Virus record (IMG/VR): IMGVR_UViG_3300029319_000063
Location: 1-55,568 of that record
Direction: 5' to 3' (one strand)
Origin: a virus
Taxonomy: Duplodnaviria; Caudoviricetes
Length of the DNA: 55,568 bases
Under the pieces are notes generated by a model. That model was given only the letters and a program-made list of their open reading frames with translations. It had not been told where the DNA came from and made no database searches. Shown in pieces: positions 1 through 9,991 of this stretch. The first letter of the stretch is position 1; every line of letters begins with the position of its first letter. Both the position numbers and the translations under genes were made by a program.

Positions 1-3000
1 CCACCAGATCCAAGAAATGCACTTGAAGCTGTCATGTGAAATTGTCCAGTATCCGTATCATATGTAACAAGTTTATTTATATCAGTTTTTGTTGTAAGTT
101 CAGCAAACAATGTACCACTTGAACTTATTGCTCCACTTGAAGTTATACTTCCAACAAAATTACTTCTACCTGTAATAGTATGTATATCTGCTGGATTATT
201 ATCACCGATAGTTGTATTACCTGTTGATGTTAAAGTTGTGAATGTTCCTGCAACTGCAGTATTTCCACCAATAACAGAGTTATCAATCGTACCACCATCA
301 ATATCAGGTGTATTAATATCTGGACTTGTTAAGGTTTTATTTGTTAAAGTTTGTGCTCCGTCTGTTGTTGAAAACACCGTACCCACATTTGGTAGAGTTA
401 AAGTATTACTAGCTGCATCAGAATGTGGTGCTGCTTTAATTGTTTGAAAATGTGCATTTGCATCGTCACAATACATTTTAATTTGTGATTGAGCACCTTG
501 ATTTTTTATATCTAAAGTTCCTGATACAATTTGAATATCACCTACTGAAAGTATTGATGTTGATGAACCACTTATATTTCCTTGTACTTCAAGGAAAGCA
601 TCTCCAACTCCATCAATTTGTAAATTACCAAATGAACCAGTCAAACTTGAACTTATGTCTCCAGTTGCTCTGATGTTTCCACCCACAGATAGTTTTGCTG
701 AAGAAACTCCACTTGTACCAATACCAATTGCTTCATCACCCGCGTCTGCATGAAACAATGGTGTTCCAGATAAAAAGTTATGAGTATCACCTAAAATATA
801 TGTATCTACATCATTATTAAGTGAATTAATCCAGGTTATAGAAGTTCCTGAATAATTACCCAAAACAATTTTGTTTTGAGCCGTAGCTGTAGCATTACTA
901 TTTTGTAATGTTAAGGTACCAGAACCAGAAACAGCAGGTGTTCTTACATGGCCACTTGCACTTATGTCACCATGAACAGTGAGTTTTTTAGCTGGTGTCG
1001 CAGTGCCAATTCCAACTTTATCACCAGATTGTGGATTAACTTGTAAAAGATTATCATCACTTGAACCTTTTACTTGAAATTTTTTGTCATCATTACCATC
1101 ATTAAATGTAATGTCTGTAGTTTCGGTTAATATAAGACCTGCTTGAAATTGCATCTGAGTAGCAGCATCAGCATCAGCTTTAATTGCATCAACACTTATT
1201 TCACCAACATTTGTAATGTTTCCTTCTTTGAAATCAACTGTTCCATTAGAACTTATTCTTAACCTTTCAACTGGAGTTTCATTCAAACTTACATGAAATT
1301 GTAAATTTCCATCTGCTGTATCAGTAGACGCGTATGTATCATCTCTACCACTTACTATTTTTGAAGTTAATACAGTTGGAACTCCACCTGCTATACTTCC
1401 AGCTGCAGCTCCGAAATTTAAAGTCGTGGTTTCATTCTCTGAATTGGCTGCAGAATTTCTTATTGTGAGTGAAACATCACCACCATCGTTATTTTTTTCT
1501 ATGGTAGTATTACCATGAAAATAACCTGCACTAGCAGTTAAGTCACCACTTGCACTTATATGATTATTGAATGCAGCACTTCCAGCGTCTGACATATCTA
1601 ATGTCAATGCAGTTATGGTAGAACCACCATCTTGTCCTTTAAATATTATATCGTTATTATTTGATTCTGCTTTAATAACAAAGTTTGATGAATCTCTTTT
1701 AAATCTACCAAATGATGTTCCTCCATCTTTTAAAAGTATATCAGCTCCATCCGCGTCAATTGTAAGGTCACCAAGAGCACTTAACTCTGATGTTATAATT
1801 TTTCCACTTGCACTTATGTTTCCACTTGCGGTTATGTGTGATTTTGTTGAAATGAATCCACTTGCACTTATGTTTCCTGCTACTGTTAGTTTTTGTGGAA
1901 TATTATCAAAAATTCCAACACCAACATTTCCATTACTACCACTAATAGTTAAAGCATCACCTGCAAACGGGTCACCTGTATAAAACGACATTCTTGTTCC
2001 AACACCATCATCAAGCATTCCAATGTTTAAATCACCATTAGCTTCTTTTGTAATGGTTTGTTCACCATTCATAAAAATATTAGTACTTGTTGCACTTTTT
2101 AAATCTAATTTATTTCCAAAAAGATTTCCACTTGCACTGATATATCCATCAGCAGTTATGTTTCCACTTGCGGTTATGTGTGATGATGTTTTTAAATCAC
2201 CTGTTATATCTAATTTTGAAGTTGGACTATTGTTGCCTATTCCAATACTATCTGCAGAAGCATCAGCAACAAAAAGAGTATCATCTCCTTGACCTTTTAT
2301 AGTTGTGTCAAAATTATTACCTGAACTATTAAGAGTTGTTGTTCTTGGAACATCTAAACTTAAAGCTGTTAATGTAGAATCATTGAATTGTAGATTTGTA
2401 TTGTCTTTTAAAACTCCATTTGTATCAACATATACTACTCTTCCACTTGTTAAACTTGTGTCTTGTAATTCATTACCGACAATAGTTCCACTTGAACTTA
2501 TGTTTCCACTTGCGGTTATGTGTGAGGTTGTTAAAGTATCTGCAGCTAGTGTACCACCAAAGATTCCAGTTCCTGATGATAACATATCACCATCTTCATC
2601 TATACTAAATCTTTCATTTTGAAGTGCACCTACTACTGTGAATAATTTTTCATTAGAAGAAGCGGTATGTTTTTTTATGTGCAAACCACTTGAAGTTACA
2701 TGACCACTCGAACTTATGTTTCCAACTACTTCCAATGCTTCACCAGGTTCATTAGTAACATCAAATCCTCCACCAATACCAACTTTACCAGATGATGATA
2801 CGAATAAAGCACCTGTTGATGAATGTCCATCTACTCTAAAAGCACCTGCACCTAAACCAGTTGCACCAAGTTGAATAATGTCATTGCTAAAAAACATCTG
2901 TCCATATTGTCCTACACCTCTACCCAAACCAGCACCTTCAGAATCAAATATAATATCATCACCCACATTTAAATCATCTGTTGTTGTTAATTGTTCTGCA

Positions 3001-6000
3001 ATTATTGTTCCACTTGCGGTTATGTGACCACCTAATCCAACAGTTAGATAATCCGTTCCATCTGAACCCTCTACGATTAATGTTTCATTTGTAGCATTCA
3101 CACCTGATACATGTAAAACTGCCCCTGCAGTATCACCAGTTGTAAACGCTCCAACACCCATAATAGGTGAGTCTATGTTTACTTTGACATCTGATTTTAT
3201 GACAGCTTGATTATCTGATTCAAATACTAAAAAATCATCTTTTCCCTCAATTCTTTGAGTATCATTACCAAATTCTATTCTTTGTGTAGCAGTATTATCA
3301 GCTGGATTTATTAGTCTGATTGGTCCACCAAATATATGAGTACCACCACCACTTGCTGAAATATTTCCACTTGCGGTTATGTGTGATGTTGTTTCAATTG
3401 GAACACTAAATTTAGTAGTATTATATTTAAATTCTGTGTTAATTATATTATTAACTCTTAATTCTATTTCATTTTCTGCTGGTGAATGTATAAAATCATC
3501 TTCAGTTCCACCATTAACAAGTATAAATTTATTTGATTTAATATCACCACTCGCACTTATGTTTCCACTTGCGGTTATGTGATTAAATGTAACATTATCA
3601 GATGAACCAAATTGAAGTGAACTGCTTATTACCCCATTAGGTAAAGTCGTTGTGGCAGTTACATTTGTCAATCCACTACCATCACCACTAAAATGTGAAG
3701 CTGATACGAATCCACTTGAACTTATGTTTCCACCTACCACCAATTTTTCTGTGGGAGTTGTGTTTCCTATACCAGTATTACCATCGTTTAATATTCTCAT
3801 TCTCTCAGTATCATTGGTATGAAAAGCTACTGCTCTATTCGCAACTGCATGAATGTTAAACACATCACCAGCGGTGGTTATTTTATATTCAATATTATCA
3901 GATTCATCTTTGAATTGTATTTGATGGTCATCATCATCGGTTGTATCTTTCAATACTAATATTGGTGCACCCTCTGACATTATAATTCCACCATTGGCAG
4001 ATGTAAATCCATCAGCAGTTATTGTTCCACTTGCACTTATGTTTCCACTTGCGGTTATGTTTCCTTCAAATGAAGTTTTACCAATAATTGTATGTGTATC
4101 TACATTACTTTGGTTACCAAATTTTACATTATCACTTGCGGTTAGGTTTCCAACTGCACTTATGTGACGTGTAAATATTTCCTCTGAAACTAAAAATCCG
4201 CTTGAACTTATGTTTCCACTTGCGGTTATTGTTCCATTAGTAAAAATTGATGGTGTGGCATTTTTTCTTCCAAGATTAATTCGACCAAGACCATCAGGAC
4301 TCACTCCATAACCGAATGTTAATTCGTTATCAGATTCTAATGTAAGTAGGTCTTTTCCTTGTATATAATACCTATTACCTTTAATTATTCCACTTGCACT
4401 TATGTCTCCACTTGCGGTTATGTGTGCTCCACTTCTTCCAATTTTTATATTGTTGATACCGCCATCATCAAACAATACACCTGTATCACCACCAGTAGAA
4501 TCTACTGCGACAAAGTTATCAACCGTTAATCTACTTGTTTCTATTATTCCACTTACACTTATGTTTCCACTTGCGGTTATGTGTGAATTTGTAAATATAT
4601 TACCATTAACATCAAGTGTTGCAGTATTGTTATAATTTAATGCTCTATTTATACCAACTCCATTAAAACCTGTTCCTTGAAAATTAATATCTGTGCTTGA
4701 TATTAAAATAGAATCAAAAGTTGGTGAGTAAGTTATATTATCATCATTTAAATCTGAAGGATTCAAAAATACAGAGTGAGCACTTGGACCAACAACTATA
4801 CCACCATTGAAAAAGCTTTTTCCATTTCCACTTGCACTTATAACGCCACTCGCAGTTATATCACCAAAAAATGTATGTGTGTCAGTAGCTTCATTTCCAA
4901 ATATACTATCACCACTTGATGTTATGTTTTCTATCAATATGGATGTGGATGATGAAACTATTGATGAGGTTATTTCATTTACATTCATTGAACCAGCCAC
5001 ATCTAAATTTTGTACATAAACAGTATTGGATGCAGATGTATGTCTACCACTCATACCCAATATAACAGAACCACCATGTAAAACACGATTTGATGAACCA
5101 CCAATTATAGCAGAATCTTCAGGAGCTCCTCCACCAGGTGGTGATGATTGAGATAATATTCTATTATATCTACCACCTACAATTACATTACTAAAACTAC
5201 TGTTTTGGATGTGATTAAATAAACCACCAATAATCACTTGGCCAAACATATCCGCACCTCTATTATTAATAAGGAAATTACCAACACCACCGACAAGAGC
5301 AGAATTTTTTATAGTTCCAGCTGAAGCAGAAATTTCACTACTAGCAGCTCCTATTATTTGAGAGGCTATGTCGTCAGTAGTATCATGGTGAATGATTCTA
5401 GAGTTAGTTCCACCAACTATGGTAGAAAGTTTAGATGCACTAATTCTATTTAGTGTACCACCAAATAATCCAGAATTATCAGAAGCTTCTAATTTACTAC
5501 TACTACCACCAATTATGATAGAATTATCAGAGGCTGTTATGGATGAGGAAACTGAACCTAAAAGTTGAGCATCTATCGAAGATGTTAATTCATTACTTTC
5601 ACTATCACCAATGAATTGTCCTTTTTCTGAAAGTGCAAATGTTTTATCTTTTTGATTGGGTTCTTTGAATGTGAACTCTAAAGTTCTTTCCTCTGGTACC
5701 TTACCACCCCCTTTTGCTTTAAAGCCTAATTCAAATCCGGTATCTTTATCACTACCAAACACGATGGTAGCATTGTCTACCACTACATTATCAGTTGTTT
5801 CTATAGTAAGTGGTGTTCCACCAACAGATGATATTGAACCTGTTACAACTATATCTTTTTCAGATTCATTTGTAAAATCTTGAGCGTATCTTCCTTGACC
5901 ATCAATAAATCTTAATTTAAAATCAACTTGTTTATTTCTACGAACATCTCTTGGTAAGGGAATTTTAGATAAATTTGATAATGGATTTAATCCAGCAGCG

Positions 6001-6692
6001 TATATTGATTCACTAACTTCATATGGACTTCCAGTAATTGGATATCTTGATATAACTTTAAAATCAGGAGTTTGTGATTTTACCTCTCGATAAGATACCT
6101 CTAAAAATTTAATTTGTCCACTAATTAATTTAAGGTGACTAGCACTAACATTTAGGTAACTTCTTTTATATCGAGTAGAACCTACATCTGTAGTTACTGT
6201 TTCTGTAAAATTAGTTCCTATTTGTGTATTGGATATATTATCAAATATAATAGGTGAAATATTTGGAGTGTCTTTTTCTATTTTAATTGGAATAGAATAT
6301 CTTACATTTGGTACACCTCTCCATCTACTTGGAACATTCTCTAACTCACCTATTATAGTTAGTGTTCCTACACCATCTGCAATTTCATCGTAAATTCTTA
6401 ATGGATCTTTTTTCAACCAAACATAACAAATAACAGAACCATTAATCACCTCATAATCAGACACATCAGAAAATATAATATTTCCGTCAGAATCTTTAAA
6501 TTCAAAGTTTAGGGGTGAACTATCTTTTAATCCATCACCATACCACGATATTGAAAAATAATGTTTTCCGTAACTTAAACTATAAGGAAGATTTGAAACT
6601 TTAAAATATTTTCCACCATCCTCAGAGTGTACTGGTATCCTATCTAAATCTTTAACATTAGGATATATATTTTTATATGTTCCTGTTGACAT
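1..6692 (-). CDS. Long modular tail fibre / receptor-binding protein, 3'-partial (>2230 aa, runs off the window start)
   Basis: ATG at 6692 (MSTGTYKNIYPNVKDLDRIPV...) with GGAG upstream. The same frame is still open at the window start (...DTDTGQFHMTASSAFLGSG). It is missing from the ORF track, consistent with no stop inside the window. Contains repeated HITASGNISASG and VGIGxxxPxxKLxVxG motifs and xxIGG-type repeats at ~5090-5620. Confidence 0.85.
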   Translation of the reverse strand, partial: MSTGTYKNIYPNVKDLDRIPVHSEDGGKYFKVSNLPYSLSYGKHYFSISWYGDGLKDSSPLNFEFKDSDGNIIFSDVSDYEVINGSVICYVWLKKDPLRIYDEIADGVGTLTIIGELENVPSRWRGVPNVRYSIPIKIEKDTPNISPIIFDNISNTQIGTNFTETVTTDVGSTRYKRSYLNVSASHLKLISGQIKFLEVSYREVKSQTPDFKVISRYPITGSPYEVSESIYAAGLNPLSNLSKIPLPRDVRRNKQVDFKLRFIDGQGRYAQDFTNESEKDIVVTGSISSVGGTPLTIETTDNVVVDNATIVFGSDKDTGFELGFKAKGGGKVPEERTLEFTFKEPNQKDKTFALSEKGQFIGDSESNELTSSIDAQLLGSVSSSITASDNSIIIGGSSSKLEASDNSGLFGGTLNRISASKLSTIVGGTNSRIIHHDTTDDIASQIIGAASSEISASAGTIKNSALVGGVGNFLINNRGADMFGQVIIGGLFNHIQNSSFSNVIVGGRYNRILSQSSPPGGGAPEDSAIIGGSSNRVLHGGSVILGMSGRHTSASNTVYVQNLDVAGSMNVNEITSSIVSSSTSILIENITSSGDSIFGNEATDTHTFFGDITASGVISASGNGKSFFNGGIVVGPSAHSVFLNPSDLNDDNITYSPTFDSILISSTDINFQGTGFNGVGINRALNYNNTATLDVNGNIFTNSHITASGNISVSGIIETSRLTVDNFVAVDSTGGDTGVLFDDGGINNIKIGRSGAHITASGDISASGIIKGNRYYIQGKDLLTLESDNELTFGYGVSPDGLGRINLGRKNATPSIFTNGTITASGNISSSGFLVSEEIFTRHISAVGNLTASDNVKFGNQSNVDTHTIIGKTSFEGNITASGNISASGTITADGFTSANGGIIMSEGAPILVLKDTTDDDDHQIQFKDESDNIEYKITTAGDVFNIHAVANRAVAFHTNDTERMRILNDGNTGIGNTTPTEKLVVGGNISSSGFVSASHFSGDGSGLTNVTATTTLPNGVISSSLQFGSSDNVTFNHITASGNISASGDIKSNKFILVNGGTEDDFIHSPAENEIELRVNNIINTEFKYNTTKFSVPIETTSHITASGNISASGGGTHIFGGPIRLINPADNTATQRIEFGNDTQRIEGKDDFLVFESDNQAVIKSDVKVNIDSPIMGVGAFTTGDTAGAVLHVSGVNATNETLIVEGSDGTDYLTVGLGGHITASGTIIAEQLTTTDDLNVGDDIIFDSEGAGLGRGVGQYGQMFFSNDIIQLGATGLGAGAFRVDGHSSTGALFVSSSGKVGIGGGFDVTNEPGEALEVVGNISSSGHVTSSGLHIKKHTASSNEKLFTVVGALQNERFSIDEDGDMLSSGTGIFGGTLAADTLTTSHITASGNISSSGTIVGNELQDTSLTSGRVVYVDTNGVLKDNTNLQFNDSTLTALSLDVPRTTTLNSSGNNFDTTIKGQGDDTLFVADASADSIGIGNNSPTSKLDITGDLKTSSHITASGNITADGYISASGNLFGNKLDLKSATSTNIFMNGEQTITKEANGDLNIGMLDDGVGTRMSFYTGDPFAGDALTISGSNGNVGVGIFDNIPQKLTVAGNISASGFISTKSHITASGNISASGKIITSELSALGDLTIDADGADILLKDGGTSFGRFKRDSSNFVIKAESNNNDIIFKGQDGGSTITALTLDMSDAGSAAFNNHISASGDLTASAGYFHGNTTIEKNNDGGDVSLTIRNSAANSENETTTLNFGAAAGSIAGGVPTVLTSKIVSGRDDTYASTDTADGNLQFHVSLNETPVERLRISSNGTVDFKEGNITNVGEISVDAIKADADAATQMQFQAGLILTETTDITFNDGNDDKKFQVKGSSDDNLLQVNPQSGDKVGIGTATPAKKLTVHGDISASGHVRTPAVSGSGTLTLQNSNATATAQNKIVLGNYSGTSITWINSLNNDVDTYILGDTHNFLSGTPLFHADAGDEAIGIGTSGVSSAKLSVGGNIRATGDISSSLTGSFGNLQIDGVGDAFLEVQGNISGSSTSILSVGDIQIVSGTLDIKNQGAQSQIKMYCDDANAHFQTIKAAPHSDAASNTLTLPNVGTVFSTTDGAQTLTNKTLTSPDINTPDIDGGTIDNSVIGGNTAVAGTFTTLTSTGNTTIGDNNPADIHTITGRSNFVGSITSSGAISSSGTLFAELTTKTDINKLVTYDTDTGQFHMTASSAFLGSG
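1803..4585 (-). repeat. Dispersed in-frame direct repeat (core CACATAACCGCAAGTGGA on the coding strand = HITASG) separating fibre modules
   Basis: Plus-strand tccacttgcggttatgtg occurs exactly at 1821, 2163, 2505, 3009, 3366, 3564, 4407 and 4566, and near-exactly at 4044 and 4215. Most copies are extended by a ccacttg(c/a)acttatgtt-like sequence. All copies are in the same codon phase. Confidence 0.92.
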
Positions 6693-6723
6693 AAAAACAA
6701 TTCTCCGATAAATATATAATTTG

Positions 6724-6737
6724 TCATATATAAATAT
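6724..6737 (-). promoter_or_regulatory. Candidate phage late promoter ATATTTATATATGA
   Basis: Same 14-mer found in intergenic DNA before four structural gene starts (also 23859, 42918, 53333). Confidence 0.7.
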
Positions 6738-6763
6738 TCAAAGAAATTATTTTTACTATTTAT

Positions 6764-9700
6764 TTAGTGATAAGTAACCTTACTAATACCATTTTGTACT
6801 TCAATTGGGATTAAACTATCCATATAATCTTTAATTGTATCCAAGTGAGTAATAATCATTGTAAAATCAAATTGAGTCCTCAAGTATTGAAATGCTCCCT
6901 GCATATTAGCAATATTATCACTATCCAAAGCACCGAATCCTTCATCTACGATAATGAAGTTTGGTCGAGGTAATGTTGATACATTGATTAAACCTATCCT
7001 AATAGCCAATGATGATACAAATCTTTCCATTCCACTTGATAATTCAAGATTCCATTTATCCTCACCATAACATATAAAGGCATCAATCATTTTATCTTTC
7101 ATCTCTAATTCAATATGGAAACCTGCATTCATATTTTCCAATACATTGTTGATTTCTCTTTCTATTGATGGAATAGCTTTTGAGATTAATTCATAAGGAA
7201 CACCATCTTTGGATAGAGCCATTAAGTATAAATCATAATCTAATATCTTTTGTTCTATATCAACAAGTTTCTGAATATCATCTTCTATCTGTTGTTTTTG
7301 GTTTTTAGCTACTGATAATGTGGAAAGAACTTGTTTGTATTTTTTATCAATATCAATAGATTCCATTTGTAGTTGGGATATTTTAGAAGTCAAATCAGAA
7401 ATTTGTTCATTTAATTTATTGTTATTTTCAATCTTTTCTTCTAACTCATAATATCTTTTTACACTCGAATCTAAATTAACCAACTCACTATCGATATGTT
7501 TTAATCTACTTTCTTGTGTCGAAATTTTACCACCAATCTTAACAGCATCATGTGATATTTGATTTAGTTCTTCAGAAAATATTTTAAATTCACGATTTCT
7601 TTCATCAGCATCTCCTAACTTTTCTAAAGAGTATGATTTTATTTTAAATTGTGTTTCCCATTTTTGCCATTCATCATCTAAATGGTACATTTGAGTTTTA
7701 ATCTCATCCATCTCATTAATCTGTTCTTTACCATTTTTAACACAATACTCACAATCTTCATCATATTCAAACTTTTCCAAATCGGTTCTATGTTTAGCTA
7801 AAGATTTTGTTTTAGTTTCAATCAACTTCATTTGATTTTGAACATCTCTTAAATCTTTTGTAGTTTCTTTCCAATTTTCATAATCTTCTTGTATTTTCTC
7901 TTCATCTATTTCAGAAAGTTTTTTATGATATTCCATATACATTGGTCTAAGAGTTTCTTTATATTCTTTGTCTTCTTTAAGCTGATTTTCTAATTGTGTT
8001 TTTTCAAGATTTAATTTTCCCCGTAATGAGTTCAATTCATCTATATCATAATTCTCATCAATTTTATATAGTTTTCTAACTAACTCTATTTTATTTTCTT
8101 CTAATTCAGATAAAGTTTTATCAATCAATTCATCTTCAGTTTTTAATTTTTCTTCATCTATTTCCAATTCAGTAATTCGTTGATTAATAACACCAATCTC
8201 TTTGTAAGAATCTTTCTTTTGGAATTGTCGTAACATTACTCGTTCTTCATTGGAATCAGATTTTGCTATCGTTTCGAGTTGTTCAAACACCTCGATATCC
8301 ATAAATGTGGAAAGAATTTTTTTTCGTTCCGCTTGTTTCTTGTCGAGAAAGTTCATACCATTCGTTTGTAGCGACAGTGAGGTAAGGATAAAGTCGTCAA
8401 ATGTACCTAACACTTTACGAATTTCTTCATTCGTACCTGTACCATATGACGAATTAAACCTAGCCGCTCCACTTAAATCCACTTCTTCACCTGCATCATC
8501 TATCATATAGAATCTAACCTTCACTGGACATTGATGAGATACCTTACCATTCTTGTGATTCACTCTTTTATACTTAGCATCTCTCTCTATCCAATAATCA
8601 TTACCATTGATTTCAAGATTTAATTTTGCTTTAAATGTAGTTTTCTTTTTATTCATTACATCCAACGCTCGATTAGTTCTACTACATACATCATAGATTG
8701 TATAAGCAATTGCATCCATTATTGATGATTTACCTGAATGGTTAGGAGCGACAATCCCGACAGTACCATCAAGTTTTTCAAAATCTATTTTATTACCTTT
8801 ACCATAACAAAACATATTATCAAATTCAAATGATTTTATTTTCCAATCTACATTCCTTGTAATATCACCATCGTATATTTCCGGTGAGTTGTTTGTCATT
8901 TTGTTTATCTCTTGAACTCTTTTGATTGTATCTTCATCGACACCTTCAACATTTCTTTTTAGAAAATCTTCTAATAATTCATTTTGATAATTAATATCTC
9001 TTACATCACCAATATCTAACTTATTTTCTCTATCGTCACCAATTGAAATATTGTCTTGTCTTTCGGTTACTATTTCTTTTAACTTTGGATATTGTTTTCT
9101 TAAACCGATTTGAATATCTTTAATTTGTTCCAATGTGGTGTTTGTAAATTTAATTTTAACTCTACCTTTTGGTGGCATAAATGTTAATTCAAATGGATTG
9201 TTTCCAGTTGTTGAGTTTTGTATTTCACCATCTACTACATTTAATATTTTATATCCATAATCATTTTCTACTTGATGATAAGTAGCTTTTCTTTTCTCTA
9301 CATCCCATAATAAGAATCCGTGACTTGGTTCTTCTGAATAATTCTGTTGAATCAATGAACCTGGATAAGCTACTCTTTCATCTTTATCTAAAAATTGCCT
9401 TTTATGGATATCACCTAACATTACCATATCATATCCTTGAAATGTTTCTACTGTGACTCTGTCATCTGTAACAGCAAATCCATTATCATAAAAGTGTTTA
9501 TCCACTCCACCGTGAAACAATGCAACTCTAACATCACCATCTAAATTATGTGGATTAGGTAAATTATTTGTAATTTGTTTACCCTCTTTATCAATATCAA
9601 ATATAGACATCACACCAAAATCAACATTATCCATTGTATAAACACCTGATTTCTTCCAATAATGTAAATTTGGTGTAATCTTCTGAACTAAATCAACAAT

Positions 9701-9991
9701 AGGTGAAAGAGTATCTTCTCTTGATTTATTATTCAAATTACAATCGTGATTACCTGGTATAATAATCGTAGGAGCTATTTTACATAACTCTAAAAAGAAG
9801 TTTGCAACCATTCTGACTTCTTCAGGTGATGTATCTAACTTTCCGTGAACCACATCACCACCAATATAGATTGCATCTGGTTTTAAATCTTTTAATTGTT
9901 TGTATAGTTTTTTAAATACTTGTCTATATTCTACAAACCTATGTAGTTTACGAATATGTATATCTGCTAAATGTGCAATTGTTTTAATCAC
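6764..9991 (-). CDS. Fused SbcD/Mre11 nuclease and SbcC/Rad50 ATPase (T4 gp47-gp46-like recombination nuclease)
   Basis: Phosphoesterase motifs ADIH, GGDVVH, GNHD, GDIH, YPGS. Then Walker A APNHSGKSS, coiled coil with zinc-hook CEYC, signature LSSGME, Walker B IIVDEGFGALD and H-loop ITH. Confidence 0.93.
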   Translation of the reverse strand: MIKTIAHLADIHIRKLHRFVEYRQVFKKLYKQLKDLKPDAIYIGGDVVHGKLDTSPEEVRMVANFFLELCKIAPTIIIPGNHDCNLNNKSREDTLSPIVDLVQKITPNLHYWKKSGVYTMDNVDFGVMSIFDIDKEGKQITNNLPNPHNLDGDVRVALFHGGVDKHFYDNGFAVTDDRVTVETFQGYDMVMLGDIHKRQFLDKDERVAYPGSLIQQNYSEEPSHGFLLWDVEKRKATYHQVENDYGYKILNVVDGEIQNSTTGNNPFELTFMPPKGRVKIKFTNTTLEQIKDIQIGLRKQYPKLKEIVTERQDNISIGDDRENKLDIGDVRDINYQNELLEDFLKRNVEGVDEDTIKRVQEINKMTNNSPEIYDGDITRNVDWKIKSFEFDNMFCYGKGNKIDFEKLDGTVGIVAPNHSGKSSIMDAIAYTIYDVCSRTNRALDVMNKKKTTFKAKLNLEINGNDYWIERDAKYKRVNHKNGKVSHQCPVKVRFYMIDDAGEEVDLSGAARFNSSYGTGTNEEIRKVLGTFDDFILTSLSLQTNGMNFLDKKQAERKKILSTFMDIEVFEQLETIAKSDSNEERVMLRQFQKKDSYKEIGVINQRITELEIDEEKLKTEDELIDKTLSELEENKIELVRKLYKIDENYDIDELNSLRGKLNLEKTQLENQLKEDKEYKETLRPMYMEYHKKLSEIDEEKIQEDYENWKETTKDLRDVQNQMKLIETKTKSLAKHRTDLEKFEYDEDCEYCVKNGKEQINEMDEIKTQMYHLDDEWQKWETQFKIKSYSLEKLGDADERNREFKIFSEELNQISHDAVKIGGKISTQESRLKHIDSELVNLDSSVKRYYELEEKIENNNKLNEQISDLTSKISQLQMESIDIDKKYKQVLSTLSVAKNQKQQIEDDIQKLVDIEQKILDYDLYLMALSKDGVPYELISKAIPSIEREINNVLENMNAGFHIELEMKDKMIDAFICYGEDKWNLELSSGMERFVSSLAIRIGLINVSTLPRPNFIIVDEGFGALDSDNIANMQGAFQYLRTQFDFTMIITHLDTIKDYMDSLIPIEVQNGISKVTYH

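Noticed and set aside
1803-4585. CRISPR array interpretation of the direct repeats
   Set aside because: Repeat spacings are 159-504 nt, irregular, always multiples of 3 and coding; the repeat is not palindromic; no cas genes.
238-5883. Plus-strand ORFs with recurring PLALMFPLAVM peptides
   Set aside because: Antisense shadows of the minus-strand fibre gene and its repeat; no independent start signals.
1-6692. Diversity-generating retroelement or invertase shufflon acting on the fibre
   Set aside because: No reverse transcriptase, TR/VR pair, site-specific recombinase or inverted repeat copies seen in this window.
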